Shown piece after piece: positions 1 to 9,523 of a stretch of DNA of 64,000 nucleotides (the first letter of the stretch is position 1; every line of letters starts with the position of its first letter). The notes under the pieces are model-generated. The model made no database searches. It was given only the letters and a program-made list of their open reading frames with translations, and was not told the origin of the DNA. Made by a program: the position numbers and the translations under genes. The stretch lies in the sequence record MN871440.1; one strand, written 5' to 3'.

Positions 1-817
1 AAATTTTGTGACCGCTGTTTGGATAAACATAGAATTCAGTTTTTGTTACTGGGTTCAGTCCGTCCAAGTCATAGGTAACGATTGTGTCGCCGTGATTTGC
101 GTAACGTGGCAAACGAATACGAATACCGCCGCCGTATTGAGTTTCGCGAACAAGATGATCGCCAACTTTAGCGCGATAAAAGTTTTCGCCAACGATATAG
201 CTTGACGAACTAACGTAAGTTCTGTTATGCTCGCCTTGTGACCAAATCTGTGCTACCCACTCGGTACCATTGTAAATGAATACTGTGGTTGAGCCAGATA
301 GAGTGATACGATGTGTTGCAGATCCATTGATGTGTTTACCGTTACCGTTAACAACGATTTCATAATCGTGTGTAGCGAACCCGTTATCTTTGATAACTAC
401 GGTATCACCGGCAGCAGGGATAGAGTTTGCAGCATCGAACGGCATAGTGTATACTGAGTTTGCACCAACAACTTGCGATAGGATGTATTCACCCTGACGA
501 AGGTTGCCTTGCAAATTCGCAGTAGAATTAACAACTCTCCATGATGGGTCAACGCGAGTTGCTTTCCATTTGTTGAGATTGAATGCTTCTGGTGCTGTGA
601 TTGCTACTTGACTAATATAGATACGGTTGTTGTATACTACCGCAAAATCTTTTGGATATGTTCTGCTCGGACTGTGAGGTTGAATTGTGTTTTCATAGAT
701 GAAAAAATCTACGTTAACGCCGTCTCCACCAAACGACTTGTCCGGATAGCCGAAGTTAATAGCGCGTTTACCAGCAGCATCCAAACCTGCCGTTGCGCGA
801 AGTGGTTGTAAAGCCAT
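1..817 (-). CDS. 34: long tail fiber proximal subunit, N-terminal part (runs off window)
   Basis: Manual translation from ATG at 817: MALQPLRATAGLDAAGKRAINFGYPDKSFGGDGVNVDFFIYENTIQPHSPSRTYPKDFAVVYNNRIY, matching T4 gp34 N-terminus (DAGGDKIIN...DGVNVDYLIQENT); divergent from rnh as in T4; missing from ORF track. Confidence 0.9.
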   Translation of the reverse strand, partial: MALQPLRATAGLDAAGKRAINFGYPDKSFGGDGVNVDFFIYENTIQPHSPSRTYPKDFAVVYNNRIYISQVAITAPEAFNLNKWKATRVDPSWRVVNSTANLQGNLRQGEYILSQVVGANSVYTMPFDAANSIPAAGDTVVIKDNGFATHDYEIVVNGNGKHINGSATHRITLSGSTTVFIYNGTEWVAQIWSQGEHNRTYVSSSSYIVGENFYRAKVGDHLVRETQYGGGIRIRLPRYANHGDTIVTYDLDGLNPVTKTEFYVYPNSGHKI

Positions 818-847
818 TGCGTTACCTCGTTCTGTGTGTTATGCTAG

Positions 848-854
848 TATTTAG
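848..854 (-). promoter_or_regulatory. late promoter CTAAATA for gene 34
   Basis: TATTTAG on + strand upstream of gp34; same heptamer precedes most late genes. Confidence 0.8.
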
Positions 855-893
855 TAATGATGTTAAAAAATAGAGTCTTTAAAAAGAGGAAAC

Positions 894-1814
894 ATGAGTT
901 TAGCACAATTTATGGACGAAGCTGATAGCCAAGGATTCTGTATCTTTGACTTTAGTCAGATCGCCATTGCAACGATCATGCAGACGTATGAGCCAACCGA
1001 TAAGATCGACGCCAATCTGGTGCGTCATTTGGTGCTTTCGTCTCTGAAATATAACGTACTGAACAGAAAGCAAGAGTATCCGAATATCATCATTGCTGTG
1101 GATAACAGTGCTGATGGTGGTTACTGGCGACGTCAGAAATATTACTTCTATAAGAAGCATCGCGAGAAAGATCGAGATTCATCCGACTGGGACTGGGAAG
1201 GCATCTTTGATGCAATCAAGACCGTCGCTTATGAGTTGCGCGACAATCTGCCGTACAAAACTTTGATCTTGCCTCACACCGAAGCAGATGATATAATCGG
1301 TGTTCTGTGTAAGTATCTGGATGAAAAATTCCCAGATGCACCGGTACTGATTGTTTCGTCTGATGGTGATATGACACAAACGCAACGTTTCAAGAATGTT
1401 CGTCAGTGGAGTCCCGGTCAGAAAAAGTGGGTCAAGCCAAAAGAAGGTACTTGGCGCAAAGATTTGATTACCAAAATCATCAAAGGCGACGGCGGTGACG
1501 GAATTGCTAACATCAAGTCTCGTTCTGATTATATTCTGACAAAGCTTGACGGTGAGCGTCAAAAGTCGATAAGCTCTAAGCTGTTGGCACAAGCGTTTGA
1601 ACTGAAAGATCCCAGCGAGTTGTTTACTGGTGACGAGTTCACACGTTATAATGAGAACCGAGAATTAGTTGACTTTGAAATGATTCCTGATAACATTCGT
1701 CAAGCGATTATCACGGAGTTTGAGACAATCAAAGTCCCAGGTCGAAGTAAGATTTACCCGTATTTCGTGAAGAAAGCAATTAAAAAACTGCTTGACCACG
1801 TAAACGAATTTTGA
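894..1814 (+). CDS. rnh: RNase H / 5'-3' flap exonuclease
   Basis: DFSQIA, EADDIIG, SSDGD, GDGGDGIANI motifs; T4 synteny. Confidence 0.95.
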   Translation: MSLAQFMDEADSQGFCIFDFSQIAIATIMQTYEPTDKIDANLVRHLVLSSLKYNVLNRKQEYPNIIIAVDNSADGGYWRRQKYYFYKKHREKDRDSSDWDWEGIFDAIKTVAYELRDNLPYKTLILPHTEADDIIGVLCKYLDEKFPDAPVLIVSSDGDMTQTQRFKNVRQWSPGQKKWVKPKEGTWRKDLITKIIKGDGGDGIANIKSRSDYILTKLDGERQKSISSKLLAQAFELKDPSELFTGDEFTRYNENRELVDFEMIPDNIRQAIITEFETIKVPGRSKIYPYFVKKAIKKLLDHVNEF

Positions 1815-1851
1815 TAAGATAAACGAACTTAATAACTGAGAGAACAGAAAA

Positions 1852-2139
1852 ATGACCAAAGAGAAAAAAGTCAAGAAAGCACCAGTAGAATTCAACGTAA
1901 ACGCACACTCCGAGCGTCTGGCTGAACTGATCAGCGAAGCGGAAGGTCATATGACTCAGATCGCATCCTATCAGGAAATGATCAAAGAGATCAAAGCAGT
2001 TGCTAAATCCGAACTGGGTGTCGAAGGTAAAGAATTCTCTAAGATGGCTAAGATCTACTTTAAGCGTGAGCGTGATCAAGTAGAAGCTGAGAATGAAGAT
2101 ATTCTCGAAAAATACGACGCTGCGTTCCCACGGAAGTAA
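1852..2139 (+). CDS. dsbA: double-stranded DNA binding protein
   Basis: IKEIKAVAKSELGVEGKEFSKMAKIY; position rnh-dsbA-33. Confidence 0.9.
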   Translation: MTKEKKVKKAPVEFNVNAHSERLAELISEAEGHMTQIASYQEMIKEIKAVAKSELGVEGKEFSKMAKIYFKRERDQVEAENEDILEKYDAAFPRK

Positions 2140-2141
2140 TC

Positions 2142-2372
2142 ATGATCGAAATCAGCAAAATCGATTTCAGCATGAAAGTAGAGGAGAAAGCTCGCACAAA
2201 GGAGCTTTCTCTGATAGAATCTTGCTTGGAAGTAGCAGAAGAATTGGACATTGATCCAGCTGATATCCCGAAACTGATTTATCCAGCTTTAAAGGATAAG
2301 ATCGAGTATGAAGGTGTTCAAGCGAAACAGATCAAGTCTTCAAATACATCAACGTTGGAACAATTTTTCTAA
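2142..2372 (+). CDS. 33: late transcription coactivator
   Basis: LSLIESCLEVAEELDID...LKDKIEYE; synteny. Confidence 0.9.
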   Translation: MIEISKIDFSMKVEEKARTKELSLIESCLEVAEELDIDPADIPKLIYPALKDKIEYEGVQAKQIKSSNTSTLEQFF

Positions 2373-3019
2373 TGATTGAATTGGTGTTACCGCCCAAACC
2401 GAAAATGATGGTCAATGGTATTAGTGTATACAGGTTATATCTGACTCTGCGAAATCATTTCGCTGGTAAGTATGACATTGTTAAATATCAGTGGAATCCC
2501 ATTCGGGCGTCGGAACAAAGCTATGTGAAGCATCGCAGTCGCGCTATTTACGAAAGATTGGCAAAAAAGTTTACTCTTGGTGAACTAGCTGCTATTATGA
2601 CTGTGAACTTTGCAGCAAACCCCGACGCTTGGAGCGGTGACATCGCAAACGCTGATGCCGTGACATTCTATAGAACTGCTCTTGGACGCTATGAGCGTAT
2701 GAGTTCAGTCTTTAAAGAAGAAGTCGAGCAAATGTTTTATTTTGCCCGTAAAAAAGAAATGAAGTTCAAAGAACTGATTTACTCTACTACGGGACAACCA
2801 TGGATTTTCAAGTTCGTTCAGACTGGTACAATCAGTTATGAAACAATGATTATTCTCGATTCTTTGTTTAAGTTCGTTGATAGTTATGATACACTTGAAG
2901 ACCATGTATGGGCTAACGGATACGCGGCGAGAATCAAAGCTTACCGAGAACTGACGCTCATAAATAAAGAGCAAGCGAAAGCCTGCTTTATCGAAATAGC
3001 TAATCAAAACAAGCTATAA
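2372..3019 (+). CDS. 59: helicase loader
   Basis: VYRLYLTLRNHFAGKYDIVKYQW...ISYETMIILDS; synteny. Confidence 0.93.
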   Translation: MIELVLPPKPKMMVNGISVYRLYLTLRNHFAGKYDIVKYQWNPIRASEQSYVKHRSRAIYERLAKKFTLGELAAIMTVNFAANPDAWSGDIANADAVTFYRTALGRYERMSSVFKEEVEQMFYFARKKEMKFKELIYSTTGQPWIFKFVQTGTISYETMIILDSLFKFVDSYDTLEDHVWANGYAARIKAYRELTLINKEQAKACFIEIANQNKL

Positions 3020-3099
3020 CGCAAAACTGAGAAATATATTATGAAGCATACCAAACAAACTAAATCAAACTGTAAAACTGTTAAAAAGGAAAAACTGTA
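3020..3099 (+). promoter_or_regulatory. A-rich gene 32 leader, putative autogenous translational operator
   Basis: Five AAACT repeats in an unstructured A-rich leader; T4 gp32 represses itself through such a leader. Confidence 0.55.
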
Positions 3100-4005
3100 A
3101 TGTCTATTTTCAAACGTAAAGACCCGTCCCAACTGCAACAACAACTGGCTGCTTTCTCTGCAAAGAAAGGCTTTGAGTCTGACAATACCGAGTGGAAAAT
3201 CACTCAAGACAAACAAGGCAACGGCGCCGCTGTAATTCGTTTCCTGCCTGCTAAGGGTGACGACGCTACCACTTTCGTTAAACTGGTCAACCACGGTTTC
3301 CAACGCAACGGCAAATGGTATATCGAAAACTGCTCTAGCACTCATGGCGACTATGATTCTTGCCCTGCTTGCCAGTGGATCAAGGAACAGAATTGGGACT
3401 ACAACGTAGAAGCTGACAAAAAAGCAATGTACGCATCTGGCGTAACTCGTAAAGTTGCTTTCTGGGCCAACATTCTGGTGATCAAAGATCCAGCTAACCC
3501 GGAAAATGAAGGTAAAGTGTTCAAGTTCCGCTTTGGCAAGAAAGTTATGGATAAGATCCAAGCCGAAGTTGATGTAAACACCGATCTGGGTGAAGAACCT
3601 TGTGACGTTACTTGCCCGTTCGAAGGTAAGAACTTTACTCTGAAACTGAAGAAAGTTGGTGGCAACAACAACTATGATGACTCGGTTTTCGGTAAAGTAA
3701 CTCCGATTGCAAACATCGATGACGAATCTTATCAAGCTCAGTTGTTCGAACAAATGCACGATATCATGGGTATGATTTCTAAAGACAAATTCAAGTCTAT
3801 GGAAGATCTGACCACTGTGTTCAATCGTGTAATGGGTGCTGAAAAGCGTTCCAATGCTCGCGCTTCCGATGACTTTGAAAAGCAGATGGAACAATACGAT
3901 ACTCCGGCTAAAGCATCAGCTAAGTCCGATGACGATGTTCCGTTTACCCCGGGTAATGTCGGTGGTATTGATACCGAACTCGATGATCTGTTGAACGAGA
4001 TCTAA
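3100..4005 (+). CDS. 32: single-stranded DNA-binding protein
   Basis: DKQGNGAAVIRFLP, HGFQRNGKWYIENCSSTHGDYDSCPAC, acidic tail DDLLNEI. Confidence 0.97.
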   Translation: MSIFKRKDPSQLQQQLAAFSAKKGFESDNTEWKITQDKQGNGAAVIRFLPAKGDDATTFVKLVNHGFQRNGKWYIENCSSTHGDYDSCPACQWIKEQNWDYNVEADKKAMYASGVTRKVAFWANILVIKDPANPENEGKVFKFRFGKKVMDKIQAEVDVNTDLGEEPCDVTCPFEGKNFTLKLKKVGGNNNYDDSVFGKVTPIANIDDESYQAQLFEQMHDIMGMISKDKFKSMEDLTTVFNRVMGAEKRSNARASDDFEKQMEQYDTPAKASAKSDDDVPFTPGNVGGIDTELDDLLNEI

Positions 4006-4012
4006 TGATTTT

Positions 4013-4038
4013 AAAAGGGAGCTTAGGCTCCCTTTTTT
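4013..4038 (+). terminator. Rho-independent terminator
   Basis: AAAAGGGAGC-TTAG-GCTCCCTTTTTT. Confidence 0.85.
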
Positions 4039-4062
4039 ATTATGTAAACAGGAGAAAACAAG

Positions 4063-4584
4063 ATGATTAAAGCTGTATTTGCAACTGGTAGTTTTGGAGA
4101 GTTTGGCAACAAAGGTGAATTGCCTTGGGGTCATTGTCGAGTTGATATGTTGAACTTCATGAAAGAGACATCAGATTTTTGTTTGGTGATGGGCGCTAAA
4201 ACGTTCATGAGTCTGCCTAGCAAACTAAAGAATAGAACTAACATCGTTCTTTCTACGTCAAACGAAACCTCCCGCGTTTTGGCAAAGAACGGAGATAGAC
4301 CTGATATGTTTTATCATGGTAGTGTTTCGCAAGCTCTAAGCGAGCTACAGACGACCTATGATAAGATCTGTGTTATTGGTGGCATGAAAGTTTTGACAGA
4401 AGCGATTGACATGTGCGATGAAGTCGTTCATACTGTCATTCTCAACGAAACAAAGCTCGATTATGATGTAGCTCTCGATGTAGAACTCGAAGCGAGTCTG
4501 ACGAGAGATTTCTGGGTTTTGTCTAACACGTTTCTCGGTAACGATGAAGCTATTGCGTACACACTCAAAAGGAACAAGAAATGA
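4063..4584 (+). CDS. frd: dihydrofolate reductase
   Basis: FGNKGELPWGH, DMLNF, VMGAKTFMSLP, RTNIVLS, VIGG. Confidence 0.93.
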   Translation: MIKAVFATGSFGEFGNKGELPWGHCRVDMLNFMKETSDFCLVMGAKTFMSLPSKLKNRTNIVLSTSNETSRVLAKNGDRPDMFYHGSVSQALSELQTTYDKICVIGGMKVLTEAIDMCDEVVHTVILNETKLDYDVALDVELEASLTRDFWVLSNTFLGNDEAIAYTLKRNKK

Positions 4585-5054
4585 GCACTGCGGAAGTACG
4601 ATTGTCAGATCTAACAAAGAACCAACTTTTGCCAATTATTCGTGATCTAGAAGTTATTGGTATGCGAGAAGATTACACTCGTAAACGCAACTGGTGTATC
4701 ATGATCGACAAAACGAACGGTCAAGTTCAGACTGGTTATTATGGTTGTCATTACTACAGACCCGACGAAAGCGCGCCACATCAAGAGCGTTCTTATCATC
4801 CAGTATTTCGAGCTGAATTGTCTGTCGGTAGTCTTTATCGCGGTCAAAGTTCTTTTCAGTTGAGTTTCGAAACACCACACCAAGATCAAAACATTGAACT
4901 CGGATCTACCGGTGTTGTTATGCTGTTGAAAGCAGTTGCAGAAGGTAAGATTAACGTTGTTGCGGGTCGATTTGTGTTTAACTTCGTTCTTGAAAAGAAA
5001 GGCGAGAACGTATATGCCGAACCCTATTTTGGTGAAGTGAAGGATCTAATTTAA
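4581..5054 (+). CDS. hypothetical protein, tandem paralog A
   Basis: 157 aa, coupled to frd; aligns by eye with next ORF. Confidence 0.75.
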   Translation: MSTAEVRLSDLTKNQLLPIIRDLEVIGMREDYTRKRNWCIMIDKTNGQVQTGYYGCHYYRPDESAPHQERSYHPVFRAELSVGSLYRGQSSFQLSFETPHQDQNIELGSTGVVMLLKAVAEGKINVVAGRFVFNFVLEKKGENVYAEPYFGEVKDLI

Positions 5055-5527
5055 TGTTTATTGAAGTAACAGAAACTGATAAAATCTCTCCTGTTATTGA
5101 AGTTCTTGGCGTTCGAAAGGACGCCAAGCAACGAAAGTGGAGCCTTAGTGTTCACAATGGCGTACCACAAACCGGAGAATATAATACATACGGTCGAATC
5201 ACAGATCGTAGTATTCCCGGCACCAAGAATGCACACTTTGTATATCGCGCACCACTGCGAATCAAAGACATCGATTGTCACTGGAATAACTCTGCTTATT
5301 ACATTGGCACCGAGGTACTGATCGACGGTCGTTATCACGGTATCAAAATGGGCACAAACTCATTTAATAAACTCGTTCGCGGAATCGCTACCGGTAAAAT
5401 CAAACTGATTGATGCCGCCGATATGGTAGTTGAAGTGACTTTCATTCTCGAAAAATACGGTCGTTATGTAATGGCTGAGATTGTGGATGATGTAAACGAA
5501 TGGCTAATCAACAAGGACTCAAATTGA
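5054..5527 (+). CDS. hypothetical protein, tandem paralog B
   Basis: 157 aa; shares EV(I/L)G..QTG.Y..V(F/Y)RA.L..GKI..F(V/I)LEK.G..V.AE with previous ORF. Confidence 0.75.
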   Translation: MFIEVTETDKISPVIEVLGVRKDAKQRKWSLSVHNGVPQTGEYNTYGRITDRSIPGTKNAHFVYRAPLRIKDIDCHWNNSAYYIGTEVLIDGRYHGIKMGTNSFNKLVRGIATGKIKLIDAADMVVEVTFILEKYGRYVMAEIVDDVNEWLINKDSN

Positions 5528-5814
5528 ACCCAGAAATCTTGAACAAAGATCCTGATAATATGACTCAGGATGAACTGAATGCACTTTATTTCTATCTGTT
5601 GGAGAACATGACCAACAAGATCGAAAGTCAAAGCGAGACAATCAAGACAATCAACAAACGCTTGCAAGAAGCATCGGAAGTATTCAAACTGCACGAAAAT
5701 TGCATTACCGAGTTGCAAGAAGGTTTGATAGAACTACGCAAACAAATGGACGTGATTAAAGGTGCCGGCGATATGGGTTCTTCTCGTTCAGAGGGTGGGA
5801 TTCTGCTTCTATGA
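5524..5814 (+). CDS. hypothetical coiled-coil protein
   Basis: TTG start after AAGGA; overlaps td start. Confidence 0.6.
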   Translation: MNPEILNKDPDNMTQDELNALYFYLLENMTNKIESQSETIKTINKRLQEASEVFKLHENCITELQEGLIELRKQMDVIKGAGDMGSSRSEGGILLL

Positions 5815-6644
5815 AATATTATCTTGACATCATGAAGTATGTTATCGAAAATGGCGAAGATGAAATGGATCGGACGGGTGTTGGTACCCGTTCCATTCTT
5901 GGTCAAGTATTTCGTCATGACATGGCAGACGGATTTCCCGCAGTAACAACCAAGACTCTTGCTTGGAAAGCTGTTCGCGGCGAGCTGTTGTGGTTCATGA
6001 ACGGATTTACAAACGTCGAGGTTCTGCGAGCTATGACGTATGGTGTGGGATCGTCTACCAAAACCATTTGGGATGACAATTTCAATCATCAAGGGGTAGC
6101 ATTGGGTTATACTGACGGCGATCTTGGTCCCGTGTATGGCAAGCAATGGCGAGACTTTAATGGTGTCGATCAGCTTGCAAAAGCGATTGAGCGAATCAAG
6201 ACTAATCCAGAATGTCGCCGCAATATCGTTTGTGCTTGGAACCCAGCCGATCTTGATAAAATGGCTTTGCCACCGTGTCACGTTCTGTTCCGTTTCAGTG
6301 TTAAACGCGGACGTCTGAATCTGACTTGGTATCAGCGTAGTTGTGATCTGTTGCTCGGAATTCCGTTTAACATCGCTAGTTATGGTCTGTTGCTCGAAAT
6401 GGTTGCTCATATCACCGGATACAAAGCTGGTATTCTGACCGGTATGTTTGATGACGCTCATATCTATCACAATCACTTTGATCAAGTTCAAGAGCAATTG
6501 CAGCGTGTTCCATACGATCTTCCGAAACTGGTGTTCAAAAAACGCTTTACAACTCTGGAAGAAGCGTGTAATCTTAGTTTAGATGATATTCAACTAGAGG
6601 ATTACAAGTGCCACTCAGCTATCAAAGCTCCTATGGCAGTGTAA
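5811..6644 (+). CDS. td: thymidylate synthase (no intron)
   Basis: DRTGVGT, LGPVYGKQWR, MALPPCH, YQRSCD, PFNIASY, DAHIYHNH. Confidence 0.98.
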   Translation: MKYYLDIMKYVIENGEDEMDRTGVGTRSILGQVFRHDMADGFPAVTTKTLAWKAVRGELLWFMNGFTNVEVLRAMTYGVGSSTKTIWDDNFNHQGVALGYTDGDLGPVYGKQWRDFNGVDQLAKAIERIKTNPECRRNIVCAWNPADLDKMALPPCHVLFRFSVKRGRLNLTWYQRSCDLLLGIPFNIASYGLLLEMVAHITGYKAGILTGMFDDAHIYHNHFDQVQEQLQRVPYDLPKLVFKKRFTTLEEACNLSLDDIQLEDYKCHSAIKAPMAV

Positions 6645-7098
6645 TCTATCTTGACTGAATTCTTATTCCGAACTCGATACGCTTGTCAAAAAAGAAAATG
6701 ATGCAAGAGTGTTCCGATTGTACGGCAAAGTTGACTGGGTTTATGTTCCCATGCTCGAACGTCTACATCGGATCATTCGCGAGACAAACGCGAAAGTCGT
6801 GGGGATCAGCTCTTGGTTTAAAGTTGGAGACGACGAAAGAACGAAGAAGATTGCAAAGTTCCTTGACATCGAGATCGTCGATCTGATAGATTACACTGGT
6901 GGCGGGTATCACAGAGTTGATTCCGTGATTCGTCACATTAAACAGCATAGCATTACGAATTTCGTTATACTTGACGACATTCCGATGTTTTCTGAATATG
7001 ACGAGTTAGCAGACCGACACATTTGTCCGAAGACTTATGGTCTAACTGAAAACTTGACGGAGAAAGCAATTTATGTGCTATGTAGTAAACAAGTATAA
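6641..7098 (+). pseudogene. HAD-domain (Swiss-Army-knife RNA-repair type) gene with disrupted 5' end
   Basis: Body has AKVVGISSW and NFVILDD; VIYLD (6641-6655) is out of frame with LNSYSE (from 6655), DxDGV core absent; longest ORF starts at GTG 6709. Confidence 0.55.
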
Positions 7099-7357
7099 AA
7101 CGGGGTTCGATGTTGACATTCAACGAGGCACAATCTGGGGAAACCCACACAAAGATGGAAGTCGAGCTGAAAACATCGAACGTTTCAAAGACCACTTGAA
7201 ATCAGAAATCAGATGTGGTAATATCACTAAGGACATGCTAATGTCTTTGCACGGAAAGCGTCTAGGTTGTACCTGTTCGCCGTTGCCATGTCATGGTGAT
7301 ATTATCGCAATGATTGTCAACAAGTTGGCTGGTACCTACACCGGACTAGACATATGA
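7073..7357 (+). CDS. DUF4326-like protein
   Basis: DVDIQRGTIWGNP...LHGKRLGCTCSPLPCHGDII. Confidence 0.85.
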   Translation: MCYVVNKYKTGFDVDIQRGTIWGNPHKDGSRAENIERFKDHLKSEIRCGNITKDMLMSLHGKRLGCTCSPLPCHGDIIAMIVNKLAGTYTGLDI

Positions 7358-7791
7358 ATGATCTGTCAAGATTCGGGTTCAACAAATTGTGTGATCTCTC
7401 ACTTGACAAAAGTGAGTCGATAGATAGAACATTCGTTAAGCCGAGACAGTTGGTAAATGTGTTGTATGCATTCGTTGTAAACAACGAGATCAAATACATC
7501 GGTAAGACAAATGACTTATGGAAGCGGTTTGACACTTACCGCAACTCCAAAAACTGGAAGAATGCGTTTGTGTCGAATCAGATCAAAACGGATCTCATAG
7601 AAAAGGCGATTGCTAAGACCGGTGTTGAGTTGTATGTTAAAGAATGTCCAACTATCTATATCGGTTGTAATGGAAAATCAATTGCGGTTACATCCATGCA
7701 CTTGGAAGAACCCAGAATTATCAAACATTTTAACCCTGAATGGAATAAACATTATGCAAAGTATCAAAGAGCTGTATCAAAATCTTATTAA
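7354..7791 (+). CDS. denA: endonuclease II (GIY-YIG)
   Basis: LYAFVVNNEIKYIGKTNDLWKRFDTYRN...EEPRIIKHFNPEWN; precedes rnlA. Confidence 0.9.
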   Translation: MNDLSRFGFNKLCDLSLDKSESIDRTFVKPRQLVNVLYAFVVNNEIKYIGKTNDLWKRFDTYRNSKNWKNAFVSNQIKTDLIEKAIAKTGVELYVKECPTIYIGCNGKSIAVTSMHLEEPRIIKHFNPEWNKHYAKYQRAVSKSY

Positions 7792-8923
7792 TCTGTGTGT
7801 TGACGACAACACCAAGTTTTATTTCGCCGACACCGTGACTTCTCTCGGTACCAAAGTTCGCATTTTCGATTATCATGTAGCGGGTTATAACGATTGGATT
7901 CGTCCGGATGCTATGGCTTGTCGCGGTATCATGTTCGAAATGAACGGCGAAAATCCGGTGCGTATCATGAGCCGTCCGATGGACAAATTCTTCAACTACA
8001 GCGAAGTTATCGGTTGGGAAAAACTGGAAACTGCTGGTAACATGAAAATGCCGGATCTGAGTAAGATCAAGTTTGTTATCGACAAGCGCGACGGCTCCCT
8101 GATCTCTACTTTCATGGACGTTAGCGGCGATATCAAAAATCTGCTGCTGAAATCCAAAGCTTCTATTCGCAGCAATCAAGCGAATGATGCCAGTGTGTGG
8201 CTGTATCAAGAAGATCATAAAGATCTGCTGGATTTCTGTACTCTGTATGCCGAGAATGGTTTCACCGTGAACATGGAGTGGACTGCCCCGCACAATCAGA
8301 TCGTCCTGTGCTACAATGAACACCAGCTCCGTATTCTGAACATTCGACACAACGAAACCGGCGAGTTTGTTGATTTCAACGAACTGATGAAAGATCAAAC
8401 TTTTGTTAAGTACGCTGCCGACTTCTTTGAAGTACCGCAAGACGGAAAAGCTTGGATCGAATCTGTGTTCGCTATGACTGGCATCGAAGGTTTCGTGGTA
8501 GTTATGGAAGACTATCAAATGTTCAAGCTGAAAACCGATTGGTATGTTGCACTGCATCACACCAAAGACAGCATCAACAACAGCGAACGACTGATCTACG
8601 CTTGTGCCGAAAACTGCACCGACGATCTGCGTCAGATGTTCCGCGATGATGAAAACAGTCTGCAAAAGATCGAGATCTTTGACGCTCATTTCCGTGACGT
8701 CATGATGAACGCAATGAACAAGCTGACCGCTGCTTATGAAAAGTGCCGTGGTATGGAACGTCGCGAGTACGCTATCACCATGAACGACGGTTTCAAGAAC
8801 GAGCGCCATTGGTTCAATATCGCCATGCAGATGTTCGCACAACGACCGGAATTCAACATGGTAGACGAAATCGTGGCTGTGGTTAAGAAGTACCCGAAAA
8901 CCTTTATCCCGAAAGGCTACTAA
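7754..8923 (+). CDS. rnlA: RNA ligase 1 / tail fiber attachment catalyst
   Basis: ACRGIMFE, RPMDKFFN, KRDGSLIS, TVNMEWTAPHNQIV, EGFV, KLKTDWY; start moved to ATG 7754. Confidence 0.95.
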   Translation: MQSIKELYQNLINLCVDDNTKFYFADTVTSLGTKVRIFDYHVAGYNDWIRPDAMACRGIMFEMNGENPVRIMSRPMDKFFNYSEVIGWEKLETAGNMKMPDLSKIKFVIDKRDGSLISTFMDVSGDIKNLLLKSKASIRSNQANDASVWLYQEDHKDLLDFCTLYAENGFTVNMEWTAPHNQIVLCYNEHQLRILNIRHNETGEFVDFNELMKDQTFVKYAADFFEVPQDGKAWIESVFAMTGIEGFVVVMEDYQMFKLKTDWYVALHHTKDSINNSERLIYACAENCTDDLRQMFRDDENSLQKIEIFDAHFRDVMMNAMNKLTAAYEKCRGMERREYAITMNDGFKNERHWFNIAMQMFAQRPEFNMVDEIVAVVKKYPKTFIPKGY

Positions 8924-9156
8924 TGAAAAAGATTGATTGGAACGATATGTCCTCTCTTGGGCTTATCAAGCGAATTAATGAGCAAGTGTTACATCCACTC
9001 GGGTTAGCAATGACCCGAAATCCGGAGACTGGCACCAGCGATTACGTTTTGATTGCTCCGGATGGTGTCTTTGAGTACGATAATACGATCAAAGGTCGTC
9101 AATCACTCACAGATGAACAGATCAAAACAAGAGTCAATGAACTTGGTCATTACTAA
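8923..9156 (+). CDS. conserved phage hypothetical protein
   Basis: MSSLGLIKRINEQVLHPLGLAM; coupled to rnlA. Confidence 0.75.
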   Translation: MKKIDWNDMSSLGLIKRINEQVLHPLGLAMTRNPETGTSDYVLIAPDGVFEYDNTIKGRQSLTDEQIKTRVNELGHY

Positions 9157-9168
9157 AGAGATTCAAAA

Positions 9169-9426
9169 ATGATTCCAGCATCTAAAGCAAGAGAAAATTT
9201 GAAGTTTGATCGCGCACTTCGTATGCGTGAAGCCATCAACAACGTAAGCAAGAAAATCGAATCAGCTTCCGTTCAAGGCAAGCGTGTTGTTTATGTGTAT
9301 GACGTTGGCGCCGACATTCGTAAACAAGTGGTTGACGAGATTACAAAACACGGATATGAAGTAGAATTTACTACTGAATTTGATTACAGATCGACTACCG
9401 GCGACTATCTGAAAATTTCTTGGTAA
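9169..9426 (+). CDS. hypothetical protein, paralog of 42003-42260
   Basis: MIPASKAR...GYEV...YLKISW. Confidence 0.75.
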   Translation: MIPASKARENLKFDRALRMREAINNVSKKIESASVQGKRVVYVYDVGADIRKQVVDEITKHGYEVEFTTEFDYRSTTGDYLKISW

Positions 9427-9442
9427 TTATTTAAAAAAGTCC

Positions 9443-9523
9443 TTGCGTCTCGCCGCCGGTTTGCTATTATAGCTACATCGAAACGCGAGACGCGATTCAC
9501 AAACAAAATCTGAGGAATACATT
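9443..9523 (+). promoter_or_regulatory. early promoter/leader/RBS cassette, copy 1
   Basis: TTGCGT -35, TATTAT -10; 9465-9506 identical to 44183-44224; GAGGA RBS. Confidence 0.8.

Noticed and set aside
5811-6644. Group I intron in td as in T4
   Set aside because: ORF is continuous and full length (277 aa).
7730-8842. 370-aa minus-strand ORF opposite rnlA
   Set aside because: Antisense shadow of a strongly codon-biased gene; no RBS, promoter or motifs. Same applies to 3004-3894, 5628-6497, 19118-19927, 23306-24331, 32619-33350 and 48843-49649.
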